DNA of 26,432 nt from Candidatus Iainarchaeum sp. (lineage in GTDB: Archaea; Iainarchaeota; Iainarchaeia; Iainarchaeales; JAXPJC01), in the NCBI GenBank assembly GCA_016187745.1, contig JACPJC010000008.1:1-26432 (forward strand), read 5' to 3'. Of the stretch, positions 1 to 8,863 are shown in pieces. A program made the position numbers and the translations under genes. The notes under the pieces are model-generated. The model saw only the letters and a program-made list of their open reading frames with translations. It ran no database searches and was not told the DNA's origin. How positions within the stretch are numbered: the stretch's first letter is position 1; every line of letters starts with the position of its first letter.

Positions 1-1
1 A

Positions 2-481
2 AGATTAAACAAAAAAGCGCTGAACGCATTAAAACGCAAACGGTCAAAAATGATTAGGTGGGGAACCGCATCCCCTGAAAAGATTGCCGTAAGGAAAGAA
101 CTTTTGAAAGAGTTGGGGGCTGATTTAAAGGGCCTTGGAAAAATCCAGCGAGAACAAATACTGCATGAGAAAACATTCAAAAAGGCGCTTAGCAGTTTAG
201 AACTTGAGGCAAAGATAGATGTTCCAAAAATAGAGAGTGCATTGTGGAAGATGTCTGGAGATTACGATCTTGCATTTTTTACCGAAGATTTTCAGAGAAT
301 TAGAAACTTGGATGAACAACTTAAAAATTTATATAAAATCAAACTGAAGCACCTTTATAGAGTTCTGGATCATGCGAAAAATGCCCCGGGAATTAGTGAA
401 ATAGAAAGAAAAGAGAATGTAAAAAGTCTTGCTGGGGAGATTAGATATCTAATTAAATGTAAAAAAGAGGTATTTGAATAA
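2..481 (+). CDS. Hypothetical Lys/Glu-rich helical protein, probably 5'-truncated by the window edge
   Basis: ORF track gives 50..481, but the frame is open back to base 2 (RLNKKALNALKRKRSK-M). AT-rich codons; no recognised motif. Confidence 0.6.
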   Translation, partial: RLNKKALNALKRKRSKMIRWGTASPEKIAVRKELLKELGADLKGLGKIQREQILHEKTFKKALSSLELEAKIDVPKIESALWKMSGDYDLAFFTEDFQRIRNLDEQLKNLYKIKLKHLYRVLDHAKNAPGISEIERKENVKSLAGEIRYLIKCKKEVFE

Positions 482-495
482 TAACTCGGGAAAAA

Positions 496-1551
496 TTATT
501 TGAATCCCGCCCCAAGAACTGAAATTTCCGCAGGCTCCCCCAAAGAGCCGGAAACCTCAAATTTCACTGGCAAAAATTTCTCAACAACAAAAATATTTGT
601 TTGCGCATGCTCGGTAAGGGAAGTCGTTTCTATTGTGCTGTAGCCCTGCGCGAGCGCCATAAATGGAATCAGCTGGTCTGCAAGATGGGAATCGCAGGGC
701 TTTTTTGCCGAAAGCTCCTTAAGAAGCTTTTCCGCGGCTTCCCTTCCGACCTTTTCCGCGGGCTTGCCCTTTTCTCCAAGAGCATTTGCGCCAATTATTG
801 CGCCCGAATCAAAATATGCAAACAGGTCTATCCCGCTCCCTGTGGTTTCGCTCTTTTCCCTGCATTCGATGGATTCATCAAAATCAATGTCCCCAAGCGC
901 ATCGGTTGTTGTTTTCTTTGCGGATTTTAATTGGTTGAGCGCGACTTCCTTAGGGAGGTTTGCGCAATGGGAAATTATCCTTATGCGCTCAAGGTTTCCC
1001 AGATTCACAAGGGAAACCGGCTTGAGCGGGAGCCTTGCGGGCTTCGAGCTGAAGCTTGCGGAGCCCAATCCTTTTGGGTAATAGCCGCGCGCATTAAGCT
1101 CCAGATCAAATTTTGCACCGGCTTTTGAAAGCGCAGGAAGCAGGACATTCTGCATGTAATTTGCGCTTGGGGCCCATGCAACGTCTGTGCCTCCCACAAT
1201 GCGCAGCTTTGTTTCATGCAAAAGCGCGGGGAGAATTATGGACTGCAGGAGAAGGGTAATTGAGCCTGCTGTGCCTATATTGATGTGCAATTGCGCGGAA
1301 TGTGGCGCGCGCGGGGAGAATTTTATTTCCTGCGAAAGCTGCTTTGCGCCTTCAACCTGCGCATCGCATATCTGCTTAAGTGTTGTTAATGCTGTTAAGT
1401 GCTGCGCCTGAAGCCCGGGGGTTGGGCGGTTGTAGCGGATTTTATTTACAGAAATCGGCTTCTGGAGCAGTGCGCTCAATCCGAGTGCTGTGCGCAAAAT
1501 CTGCCCGCCTCCGGAGCCATAATCGCCTGAAAGCCCGATGAATTCAGCCAT
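496..1551 (-). CDS. rtcA: RNA 3'-terminal phosphate cyclase
   Basis: GSGGGQILRTAL, R..PGLQAQHL, GGTDV..AP, RGYYPKG and the catalytic His motif DSHLADQL. Start moved to ATG 1551 (MAEFIG). Confidence 0.95.
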   Translation of the reverse strand: MAEFIGLSGDYGSGGGQILRTALGLSALLQKPISVNKIRYNRPTPGLQAQHLTALTTLKQICDAQVEGAKQLSQEIKFSPRAPHSAQLHINIGTAGSITLLLQSIILPALLHETKLRIVGGTDVAWAPSANYMQNVLLPALSKAGAKFDLELNARGYYPKGLGSASFSSKPARLPLKPVSLVNLGNLERIRIISHCANLPKEVALNQLKSAKKTTTDALGDIDFDESIECREKSETTGSGIDLFAYFDSGAIIGANALGEKGKPAEKVGREAAEKLLKELSAKKPCDSHLADQLIPFMALAQGYSTIETTSLTEHAQTNIFVVEKFLPVKFEVSGSLGEPAEISVLGAGFK

Positions 1552-1604
1552 GATATAATTGAAAACAATTAGATTATTAACCAATTCCAAACATAAAATT
1601 GGTT

Positions 1605-2528
1605 ATGGGGAAAAAGGTTCTGGTAACCGGCGCTTGCGGTTTTCTTGGGAAATTTGCTGTTAATGAGCTGCACGGCGCGGGATATGAGATTGAGGAGTTT
1701 GACCTGGAGGGGGGGAATGACATACTTGATTATGCGCAGGTTGAAAATGCATGCAGGGGAAAGGACATTGTTGTGCATCTTGCCGCTGCGCTTGATGAGG
1801 CATTGCCCTATGAGAGGCTGCATGCGATAAATGTGAAGGGCACTGAAAATGTATTGGAGGCTTGCGCAAAATGCAATGTGAAGAGGCTTGTTTTCGCCTC
1901 AAGCGTCGGGGTAATGGGGAATATTGCGGGAGAGGCTGACGAGTCCTTTCCATATGCGCCTGAAACGAATTATGAAAAAACAAAGGCGGAAGCGGAAAGG
2001 CTTGTGCTGAAATATCAGGAGCTTCTTCCGGTAACAATACTGAGGTTTGCGCTTCTTTATGGCGCGAATAGTTATTGGAAACAGATAATAAAACTGATAA
2101 AAAAGGGCTTTCCGATTACAGGGAGCGGAAAAAACAAATTCCAGCTGCTTTATGTGAAGGACGCCGCAGGCGCAATAAGGTTTGTTGCAGGGGATGAGAA
2201 TTCAGAGAATGAAATTTATATTGCTGCGGAGGAATGCGCAAACACGCTGGAGGGGGTTTACACCGAAATTGCAAATTTGCTGAATGTGGAAATTCCTAAA
2301 AAGCATCTGCCGGTGTGGCAGGCAAAGCTGCTTGCGCATGTGCTTCTCGCAAAGGCAAAAATGCAGGGGAAGAAAACAGTAATAATGCCCGCGCACATAG
2401 ACAGGCTCGTAAGGGAAAGGGCTTACAATACCGGAAAAATAAGCAAATTGGGCTGGCATGCGAAATATTCCCTGCACGAGGGGATGAAGGAAACTGTTGA
2501 AGAATTGAAATCAAAAGGGGAAATCTGA
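1605..2528 (+). CDS. NAD-dependent epimerase/dehydratase (extended SDR)
   Basis: VLVTGACGFLG (GxxGxxG), HLAA, NVKGT, FASS, YEKTK (YxxxK). ATG 1605 preferred over TTG 1599. Confidence 0.92.
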   Translation: MGKKVLVTGACGFLGKFAVNELHGAGYEIEEFDLEGGNDILDYAQVENACRGKDIVVHLAAALDEALPYERLHAINVKGTENVLEACAKCNVKRLVFASSVGVMGNIAGEADESFPYAPETNYEKTKAEAERLVLKYQELLPVTILRFALLYGANSYWKQIIKLIKKGFPITGSGKNKFQLLYVKDAAGAIRFVAGDENSENEIYIAAEECANTLEGVYTEIANLLNVEIPKKHLPVWQAKLLAHVLLAKAKMQGKKTVIMPAHIDRLVRERAYNTGKISKLGWHAKYSLHEGMKETVEELKSKGEI

Positions 2529-2969
2529 ATGCCGTTGTTGCGTTTGTTCGGTGCATTGGTCAGGAGGCGGGGGAAGGCGGCGCATGAAATGGCGCCAGGC
2601 GCTTTGAGGCAGGCGCAGGAAGCGGGCGCGGAAAGAATGCGCGAATATGTGAACAGGATGCGCGGGGAGGAAATTGAGGCAGAGGGCGAGCGCAGGCTTC
2701 ATAAGAAAATGCATGAAATAGAAGTTGAGGAACTGCGCAAAAAGCTTGTGGAGTTCGGATTTGACCAGGGAAATATTTCCGAACACATTAACAACTTAAA
2801 AACGCTTAAATCATTGTATGAAAATGGCTTGAGAAATGGCAATCTGTGGGGCGCGGTAAATTACGCAAGGGAGCAGCTCGGGCTTGAGGAAAGAAACAAT
2901 GAAAAAATGCGAGAAAAAATAGAGAAAATTCTTTCAGACCCGGCGATTGCCACTTTGCTAAGCAAATGA
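2529..2969 (+). CDS. Hypothetical helical protein with Arg-rich N-terminus
   Basis: 146-aa ORF starting directly after the SDR stop and ending 5 bp before the convergent gene; no motif recognised. Confidence 0.65.
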   Translation: MPLLRLFGALVRRRGKAAHEMAPGALRQAQEAGAERMREYVNRMRGEEIEAEGERRLHKKMHEIEVEELRKKLVEFGFDQGNISEHINNLKTLKSLYENGLRNGNLWGAVNYAREQLGLEERNNEKMREKIEKILSDPAIATLLSK

Positions 2970-2974
2970 TGTTT

Positions 2975-3766
2975 TTATTTTCTCTCTTTTCCGGCCTTTT
3001 TGACTGAAGATGTTATTTTTTTGAGGGTTGAGGAAAATTTCTCAATGCTTCCGTTTGAGGCTTCCAGCGCGCTTCCCACATGGATTATGTCCGCGCCCGC
3101 CTTTACTGTGTTGTAGGCGTGCTTCTCATTTTTTATTCCCCCGGCAACAACAAGCGGCACATCAATGAGGTTCTTCACATAGGAAATCATTTTCTGCGGC
3201 GCTGGCTCCGGAGCCCCCCCGCCGGATTCGAGGATTATCAGATGAGCGCCGATGTACTGGCCTGCAAGGGCGGTTATTCCCCCCAAATAATCAAAGCTTC
3301 TTGGAATCAGCTGCGCACGGCCGACCCACCCCACTGCCCTTCCTGGCTCCACAATTATGTAAGAGGTCGGAATTACCTCCAAGCCAAGCTGCTTTACAGG
3401 ATAGCTTGCGGTTATTTGCGCGCCGCTCAAATAATAAGGGTCAAGGGAATTCAGCATCTGCATGAAGTAAATCGCGTCCGCATATCTGCTTATTGTTGCA
3501 ATATTCCCGGGAAAAAGTATTACAGGCAGCGAGGAATTTTCCTTTATTGCCTTTATGCATTCGTCCAATAGTGCGCCCTGCGCGCCGACGCTTCCCCCAA
3601 CTGCAAATGCATCAAGCCCGTTGGATTCCGCCGCTTTCGCAATCCTTCCGCACTGCTCGGGAACGTATTTCGGGGGGTCAAGCTGCATGAAAGTGAGCGC
3701 CCCGCTTTTGTCAATCCCGTCAAGGATTTTCCTATAGACCTTTCCGAAATGCCCTTCATCCCTCAT
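2975..3766 (-). CDS. Geranylgeranylglyceryl phosphate synthase (PcrB/GGGPS family, group II-like)
   Basis: LDPPK, VGGS, LPVILFPG, ADAIYF..MLNS.DPY, SYIIVEPG, ESGGGA, VAGGIK, GADIIHVG. Start set at ATG 3766. Confidence 0.9.
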   Translation of the reverse strand: MRDEGHFGKVYRKILDGIDKSGALTFMQLDPPKYVPEQCGRIAKAAESNGLDAFAVGGSVGAQGALLDECIKAIKENSSLPVILFPGNIATISRYADAIYFMQMLNSLDPYYLSGAQITASYPVKQLGLEVIPTSYIIVEPGRAVGWVGRAQLIPRSFDYLGGITALAGQYIGAHLIILESGGGAPEPAPQKMISYVKNLIDVPLVVAGGIKNEKHAYNTVKAGADIIHVGSALEASNGSIEKFSSTLKKITSSVKKAGKERK

Positions 3767-3862
3767 AAAATCACAAGAATTATTAATCAAAACAGGTTTA
3801 AAAAGCAAGCGCCTGACGAAGCCGCAAAAGTACATTCAACGCATTCTTAAAAAGTAAAACAA

Positions 3863-5827
3863 TTATCCGCCCCTTAACAGCCTTGTGAAAAATACAAGAT
3901 TGTAGTCTCCACTGGCATCAGGCCCAACACCCCAGACAACATCAAGCTTATTAAGGCCTGTTTCTGCCTTTGCATCTTGGTTTGCCCTTGCAACAGCAGC
4001 ACCAAGATTGTTGTTTGTTAGATTTATAATATTATCAAAGCTTAAGGTTGAGGCGTTATAGTGTCTGTAAAACAAATCATCGCCGGAATCCCACTTGTGC
4101 CAGAAGAAATAAACATTGTTGTCTGAATCAACACTCATTGAAGGCATCCATCCTTCAACTGCAGTAATGTTTGCCAGCGGACTCCAGTTGCTGATATTGC
4201 TGCAATTTGATGCGCAGGATCTGTAGAGAATTCCCTGCCAGGAGCAATCAAACGCAACATAAATTTTCCCTGCATTATCCTGAGCCATGTACTGATGGAA
4301 CCTGCCGTAGTAGCAATTGCTGCCTTCGCTGAGATTTACATCTGCGCTCCAGTTGTTTAAGTTGTTGCAGCCAGTTGTGCAGGTTTTGTAGAGGATGTTT
4401 CCATCCCAGAAGGTTAGATGTTTTGTGCCATTGTTATTTACTGCAATTTGCGGATTATCGCTTGTTGTGCTAATGCTCAATTGACTGCTCCAGTTGCTTA
4501 AATCATTGCAATCGTTTGAGCAGGTTGTATATATAACCCCTGGGTTTGCATCAAGGACCAAATATAATGTATTTGAATCTGCTGCAAGGTCGTGCCTGAA
4601 GCTCTGGAAAACAAACTTTATCGGAGCAGACCAGTTGCTTGGGCTTGTGCAGTTCTGCCTGCACTGGCTGTAAAATGTAGTGTACCATCCGAAGGTTGGA
4701 GGATAGATATGGAGCCATGCAACATTTATGAACCCGTTTGAATCAACTGCAATTGTCGGATACGCAGATCCCATTTGCGCCCCTATTGGATTTTTGCTTA
4801 TGTTTGCGGGGGCACTCCAAGTGCTTCCATTATCGTCGCTTTGAATGAAATATACTTCTGAGCTGGTATCATTGAATTCCCCGCTTGCATATACAAAATA
4901 AAGGATATTGCGCTCTTTGCTTCTTGCAAGCGCCTCCATGTTGCCTGTTACATAATCCGTGCCGCCTCCATATGCAAATGCTGATTTTGCTATATATTTG
5001 TAGAGCATGAAATTATTGTCTGAGGAGTCCTCGGCGCCTGAGGCCTCATCGGAAACCTTCAAATCCAGGTAATAGCGCCCTGTTGTCTGTATGCTGTAGG
5101 AATTCCAGTCATAGTAGCAGGTCTGCGCTGTTGAGAAATCCCCCCCTCCGGAGCAGTTCCTGTCGGGCTGCGGGCTTTGCGCAAGGCTGAGAAGGTCCAA
5201 ATTCTGCACAATAGGGGTTTTCTTTGCGCCCTGCTGCGCGCTGTAATAAATATCCGCCTTCGGGTTTGAATCGTCCAAATCAAGGACTGTGAATTTTATT
5301 ATCATTTTCGGCCCGTTGCTCCAGAAGTCGCCTCCGTTGTTTGGATACAACAGGGCTGTTTGCGGCGGGATGTTCGGGATTGTAATTGGCACAAAAAGGG
5401 CGGTGCCTGTGCAGGCCGCCTTCTCAACGTGGGCCGCCCCTCTCCTTGTCTTGTAGTTTATTTTTATGTTTCCGCTGTATGTTTGCCCCTGCGAAAGGCC
5501 TGTTATGCAGTATATGTTGAAATCGTCCGCCGCATTTACTGCTGATGAGCTCGGGGCGCAGCTGCCCGCCAAACCCTCTGCGGCCTCAGCGCTCACATTT
5601 GTAATCCTTTCTCCTGTTCCGTTGAGGAGATAAATCACAAAATTCCCGTTTGAGTCAACTGTATGGTCGGAATAGGCGAACTTCCCGAGGCCTGTGCAGG
5701 TGCTTGCTGTCGGCAGTTTTATGATGCCCATAAAAATAAGCACCCCTGCAACAACTGCAATTATTACAAGGGCAAAGCCGTATGTTGAGAGATATTCAAG
5801 CGCGGCCTGCGCCTTCCGGGATTGCAT
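3863..5827 (-). CDS. Class III signal peptide (type IV pilin-like) protein with beta-rich middle domain and C-terminal Asp-box/beta-propeller-like repeats; candidate adhesin
   Basis: MQSRKA/QAALEYLSTYG followed by a hydrophobic helix; SDDNGSTWS Asp-box; four YxxCxxxCxxxxNWS repeats. Confidence 0.8.
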   Translation of the reverse strand: MQSRKAQAALEYLSTYGFALVIIAVVAGVLIFMGIIKLPTASTCTGLGKFAYSDHTVDSNGNFVIYLLNGTGERITNVSAEAAEGLAGSCAPSSSAVNAADDFNIYCITGLSQGQTYSGNIKINYKTRRGAAHVEKAACTGTALFVPITIPNIPPQTALLYPNNGGDFWSNGPKMIIKFTVLDLDDSNPKADIYYSAQQGAKKTPIVQNLDLLSLAQSPQPDRNCSGGGDFSTAQTCYYDWNSYSIQTTGRYYLDLKVSDEASGAEDSSDNNFMLYKYIAKSAFAYGGGTDYVTGNMEALARSKERNILYFVYASGEFNDTSSEVYFIQSDDNGSTWSAPANISKNPIGAQMGSAYPTIAVDSNGFINVAWLHIYPPTFGWYTTFYSQCRQNCTSPSNWSAPIKFVFQSFRHDLAADSNTLYLVLDANPGVIYTTCSNDCNDLSNWSSQLSISTTSDNPQIAVNNNGTKHLTFWDGNILYKTCTTGCNNLNNWSADVNLSEGSNCYYGRFHQYMAQDNAGKIYVAFDCSWQGILYRSCASNCSNISNWSPLANITAVEGWMPSMSVDSDNNVYFFWHKWDSGDDLFYRHYNASTLSFDNIINLTNNNLGAAVARANQDAKAETGLNKLDVVWGVGPDASGDYNLVFFTRLLRGG

Positions 5828-5977
5828 ATTTTCTATAATGGTTTTGGTATTAATAACCCTGTTTTTTGGCTTTATTTTTAAGTTTTGCCTATGGAAAGCA
5901 ACAAAGGTTTAAATATGCATATGGCCGTAGTTATATTGGCTTTGAAAAAAGCTTATTCTGATTGGGAGGAAAAAACA

Positions 5978-6130
5978 ATGGCTAAGAAAGCATTTGGTGG
6001 TTACAGCATATGCTTCAAGGGCTGCGACGAAACAGCGCAGGACATCTTCGGCACGGGCAATCTGGCGCCGAGCGAGATGACAAAGAAGATCTGGGCATAT
6101 GTGAAGAAGAAAGGAATAGCCGGCAAGTAA
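5978..6130 (+). CDS. 50-aa basic protein resembling the N-terminal half of a SWIB/MDM2 domain
   Basis: GGGAGG SD-like element at 5964-5969 before ATG 5978; IFGTGNLAPSEMTKKIWAYVKKKGI matches the SWIB pattern G..P..EvtKklW.YiK...L. Confidence 0.75.
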   Translation: MAKKAFGGYSICFKGCDETAQDIFGTGNLAPSEMTKKIWAYVKKKGIAGK

Positions 6131-6169
6131 TTGCTTGCTGAGCTTTTTCTTTTTTTATTTTTATTTCTT
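6123..6169 (+). terminator. Hairpin plus long oligo-T tract after the SWIB-like gene
   Basis: GCAAGTA-AT-TGCTTGC spans the stop codon and is followed by a T-rich run at about 6144-6169. Confidence 0.6.
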
Positions 6170-6240
6170 CAGTTTTGTTCTAATTATAAGTGGCTGCATC
6201 GCACAAAACGTATTTATATAACTTATAATGTAAGTTAATT

Positions 6241-6558
6241 ATGGTAAGATTTCCAAAGATTTTGAGAGTTAATAAGAGGAAAACCCCTGCAAATAAAAGC
6301 TTTAAAATTCCAGGCGTCATTGATGAAAGATCAATTGGCGGCATTCCTAAGACTGCAATTACGCCACAAGACAGAAGACGACTTGAACTTATTGTAAATG
6401 TGCTTGTTAAGAAAGGGGCAATTCCAACAAGGGAAATTGATGTCAATAACGCTCCAACTATGGTTGAATTAGAATATCCGTTGGGCGGAAATAAGCATTC
6501 TTTTTTAGTTATCCCAAATAAGGTGCCAAAGCTGTTACAAAAATACCTAAGGTTTTAA
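6241..6558 (+). CDS. Hypothetical basic protein
   Basis: 105-aa AT-rich ORF with a TTTATATA box about 25 bp upstream; N-terminus MVRFPKILRVNKRK. Confidence 0.65.
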   Translation: MVRFPKILRVNKRKTPANKSFKIPGVIDERSIGGIPKTAITPQDRRRLELIVNVLVKKGAIPTREIDVNNAPTMVELEYPLGGNKHSFLVIPNKVPKLLQKYLRF

Positions 6559-6680
6559 TTTATATAAAATTTACTGAAAAATTAATATGCTTTTGTTTGC
6601 AAACTAAACTTGCACTTTTTCACCGGCGGAATGGTTGCGAAAGCATTTTAATGGATTTGCAGGACACTTCTTCTGAGAGC

Positions 6681-8054
6681 ATGGAAATTCCAATATTTGA
6701 AAGGATATGCAGGGGCTCCGGAAAGGCGCCTGATGAGCTGCAGAGGCTGATTGAGCAGAAGAGGAACAAGTTCTCCGGGCTTCTCACCGAGGAGGGCGCC
6801 GCGCTTCTTGTTGCAAAGGAGCTTAATGTGAGGCTTGATTCTGACGCTTTTCCAGAGCGCATGAAAATCTCAAATCTGCAGGACGGGATGAAGGGCGTTG
6901 GGCTGCTTGCAAGGGTTATGCAGGTTTATCCACCAAGAAATTTTGAAAAATCAGGGAAAAAGGGGATGCTTGCAAATCTGCTTGTGGGGGACAATTCGGG
7001 GGAGGTGCGCCTGACCTTGTGGAATGAGGATGCGAAGAAGGTTGATTCTTTGGGGATAGGGCGCGGAAGTGTTTTGCTGCTGAAAAACTGCAGTGTTACA
7101 AGCTATAACGGGAAACTGCAGTTGAGCCTTGCATATGGCGGGGAGCTTTCTGCAAACCCTGAGAATGCGGATGAGAAGGAGCTTCCAAAAATAGAGAAAA
7201 GGGAGCTGAAAATATCCGGGCTTCAGCCTAATTTGAATTCTGTTGATGTGATTGCAAGGGTTGCGCGGATTTACGGGAAAAAGGAATTCCAGAGCGCCTC
7301 GGGGAAGGGGGAGATGATTGCGTTTGAAATTGCGGATGAAACCGGAAACATAAGGGCCGTTGCATGGAATTCAGCGGTCGGGCAGGCGGCAAAGCTGAAT
7401 GCCGGGGAAGCGGTAAAAATAGAGAACGCATACACGAAGGAAAGCCTTAATGGGGGAACAGAACTGCATCTCGGGTTCAATGCAAAAATTACCCAAAATC
7501 CGAAAGACGCGAAACTTCCGGAACTGCCGAAGGAGGAGTTTGAAAGGAAGGCGCTTGGGGAACTTGAAGAAAACAAAAATGCGGAAATTTCCGCAAGCAT
7601 TGCAGAAATCAACAGAAGTGCGTTAAGATATTTTGCATGCAGTTCCTGCGGCAAAAAGCTGCAGAAGCTTGGGGACAAGTTCCTGTGCGAGAAATGCGGC
7701 GAACAAAAGGAGCCGAAAATTGAACTTATAGCATCAGTTGCGTTGGAAGATGAAAGCGGCGCAATAAATGCAATCTGCTACGGGGATGAGGCTGAGAAGA
7801 TTTTTGGCATGGGAAGGGAGCAGGTTAATTCGGAGCTTAGGGCAAAAAGCGCGGAGGATCTGCTTGATGAGATAAGGGATAAAATTGCAGGGCAGAAAAT
7901 AAAGGCAAATGGGTATTTGCGCACAAACAGGCGCACAAGTGAGAAGGAATTCGTAATTAAGCGCATAATTGAAATCGGAAAGGAAATCAAAAAGGCAAAA
8001 GAAGGGCGCGCCGAAAAGAGCATTGAAATTGAAGAGCCTGCGAAGTTTTATTAA
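6681..8054 (+). CDS. rpa: Replication protein A (multi-OB-fold ssDNA-binding protein with Zn finger)
   Basis: N-terminal GLLTEEGAALLVAKEL; OB repeats (GDNSGEVRLTLWN, ADETGNIRAVAWN, EDESGAINAICYG); CSSC...CEKC Zn finger. Start 6681 (alternative 6651). Confidence 0.9.
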   Translation: MEIPIFERICRGSGKAPDELQRLIEQKRNKFSGLLTEEGAALLVAKELNVRLDSDAFPERMKISNLQDGMKGVGLLARVMQVYPPRNFEKSGKKGMLANLLVGDNSGEVRLTLWNEDAKKVDSLGIGRGSVLLLKNCSVTSYNGKLQLSLAYGGELSANPENADEKELPKIEKRELKISGLQPNLNSVDVIARVARIYGKKEFQSASGKGEMIAFEIADETGNIRAVAWNSAVGQAAKLNAGEAVKIENAYTKESLNGGTELHLGFNAKITQNPKDAKLPELPKEEFERKALGELEENKNAEISASIAEINRSALRYFACSSCGKKLQKLGDKFLCEKCGEQKEPKIELIASVALEDESGAINAICYGDEAEKIFGMGREQVNSELRAKSAEDLLDEIRDKIAGQKIKANGYLRTNRRTSEKEFVIKRIIEIGKEIKKAKEGRAEKSIEIEEPAKFY

Positions 8055-8083
8055 TGCAGTTTGCGCATATGCTATTAGAGAGC

Positions 8084-8716
8084 ATGCTGAAACCAAAGCC
8101 ATTGCCAAAGGAAATATTAGCCAAAGTCAGGAATAAAATTTTAAAAAATCCTAAAATTTTTAAGTATCTGCCAATTATTGACGCTAGAAGTGATGGGAAG
8201 TACTCTAGGACTGTGGGTTGGTTAAGACACGTCAGGGCAGCAACAATAAAAACATGGCATTATCCAAAGGGGGTAAAAGTTGTTATAAAATATGTACATT
8301 ATAGTCCGTCTGCAAAGCAAAAAATAAAATTCATTACAAATGTGGCAAGGGCTCATAACTCAGAAAAAAAACCTGCATTGTATGAGCTATGGGAGCCTGC
8401 TGCGTCTCCGGTCGGGGTAGAGTTTATTGCAATGCCGGTAATATCTGCACCAACAATAAGGGATGTGTTGGGTCCTATCAACAAGTTTGCTGCAAAAAGC
8501 GGCAGGCTGTTTTTTAGGGATATGCAAAAGACATCGGGAATAAGTTCTGAAAAATTAAAAGAAAAATTAAAATATGCTTATAATGAACTTCACGAAAATC
8601 TGAATAACCTTACTTATTTGCAGGATGCCGAGTATGGGATTAAGGAAAGCAACTTTTTTGTGCTCGGCTACAAAAAGGGCAAATTCATTTTTATGCCTAT
8701 GATGGATATATGGTAA
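8084..8716 (+). CDS. Hypothetical basic protein with possible protein-kinase-like fold
   Basis: VVIKYV, FIAMPVISAPTIRDVL and IKESNFFV...PMMD occur in kinase-like order. Start 8084 or 8054 (the latter overlaps the rpa stop as TAATG). Confidence 0.55.
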   Translation: MLKPKPLPKEILAKVRNKILKNPKIFKYLPIIDARSDGKYSRTVGWLRHVRAATIKTWHYPKGVKVVIKYVHYSPSAKQKIKFITNVARAHNSEKKPALYELWEPAASPVGVEFIAMPVISAPTIRDVLGPINKFAAKSGRLFFRDMQKTSGISSEKLKEKLKYAYNELHENLNNLTYLQDAEYGIKESNFFVLGYKKGKFIFMPMMDIW

Positions 8717-8740
8717 AACTTCACCGGCAATCTGGTCCCG

Positions 8741-8753
8741 AAAGTATTTAAAA
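8741..8753 (+). promoter_or_regulatory. BRE/TATA-like promoter for radA
   Basis: AAAGTATTTAAAA about 110 bp upstream of the radA start. Confidence 0.55.
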
Positions 8754-8863
8754 GGGTTGAAACACAATTCTTACAACTGCTGGTTTCGGGACATGAGAGG
8801 GGTTCTGCTCAGGATTTCCTCCCGCAATGCCGGAAACCCGCTATAAGAAACGGAGCGTGATTT

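Noticed and set aside
6183-6229. 9-bp inverted repeat ATTATAAGT/ACTTATAAT around a TATA box
   Set aside because: Nearly all A/T in an AT-rich spacer with a long 29-bp gap; plausibly chance.
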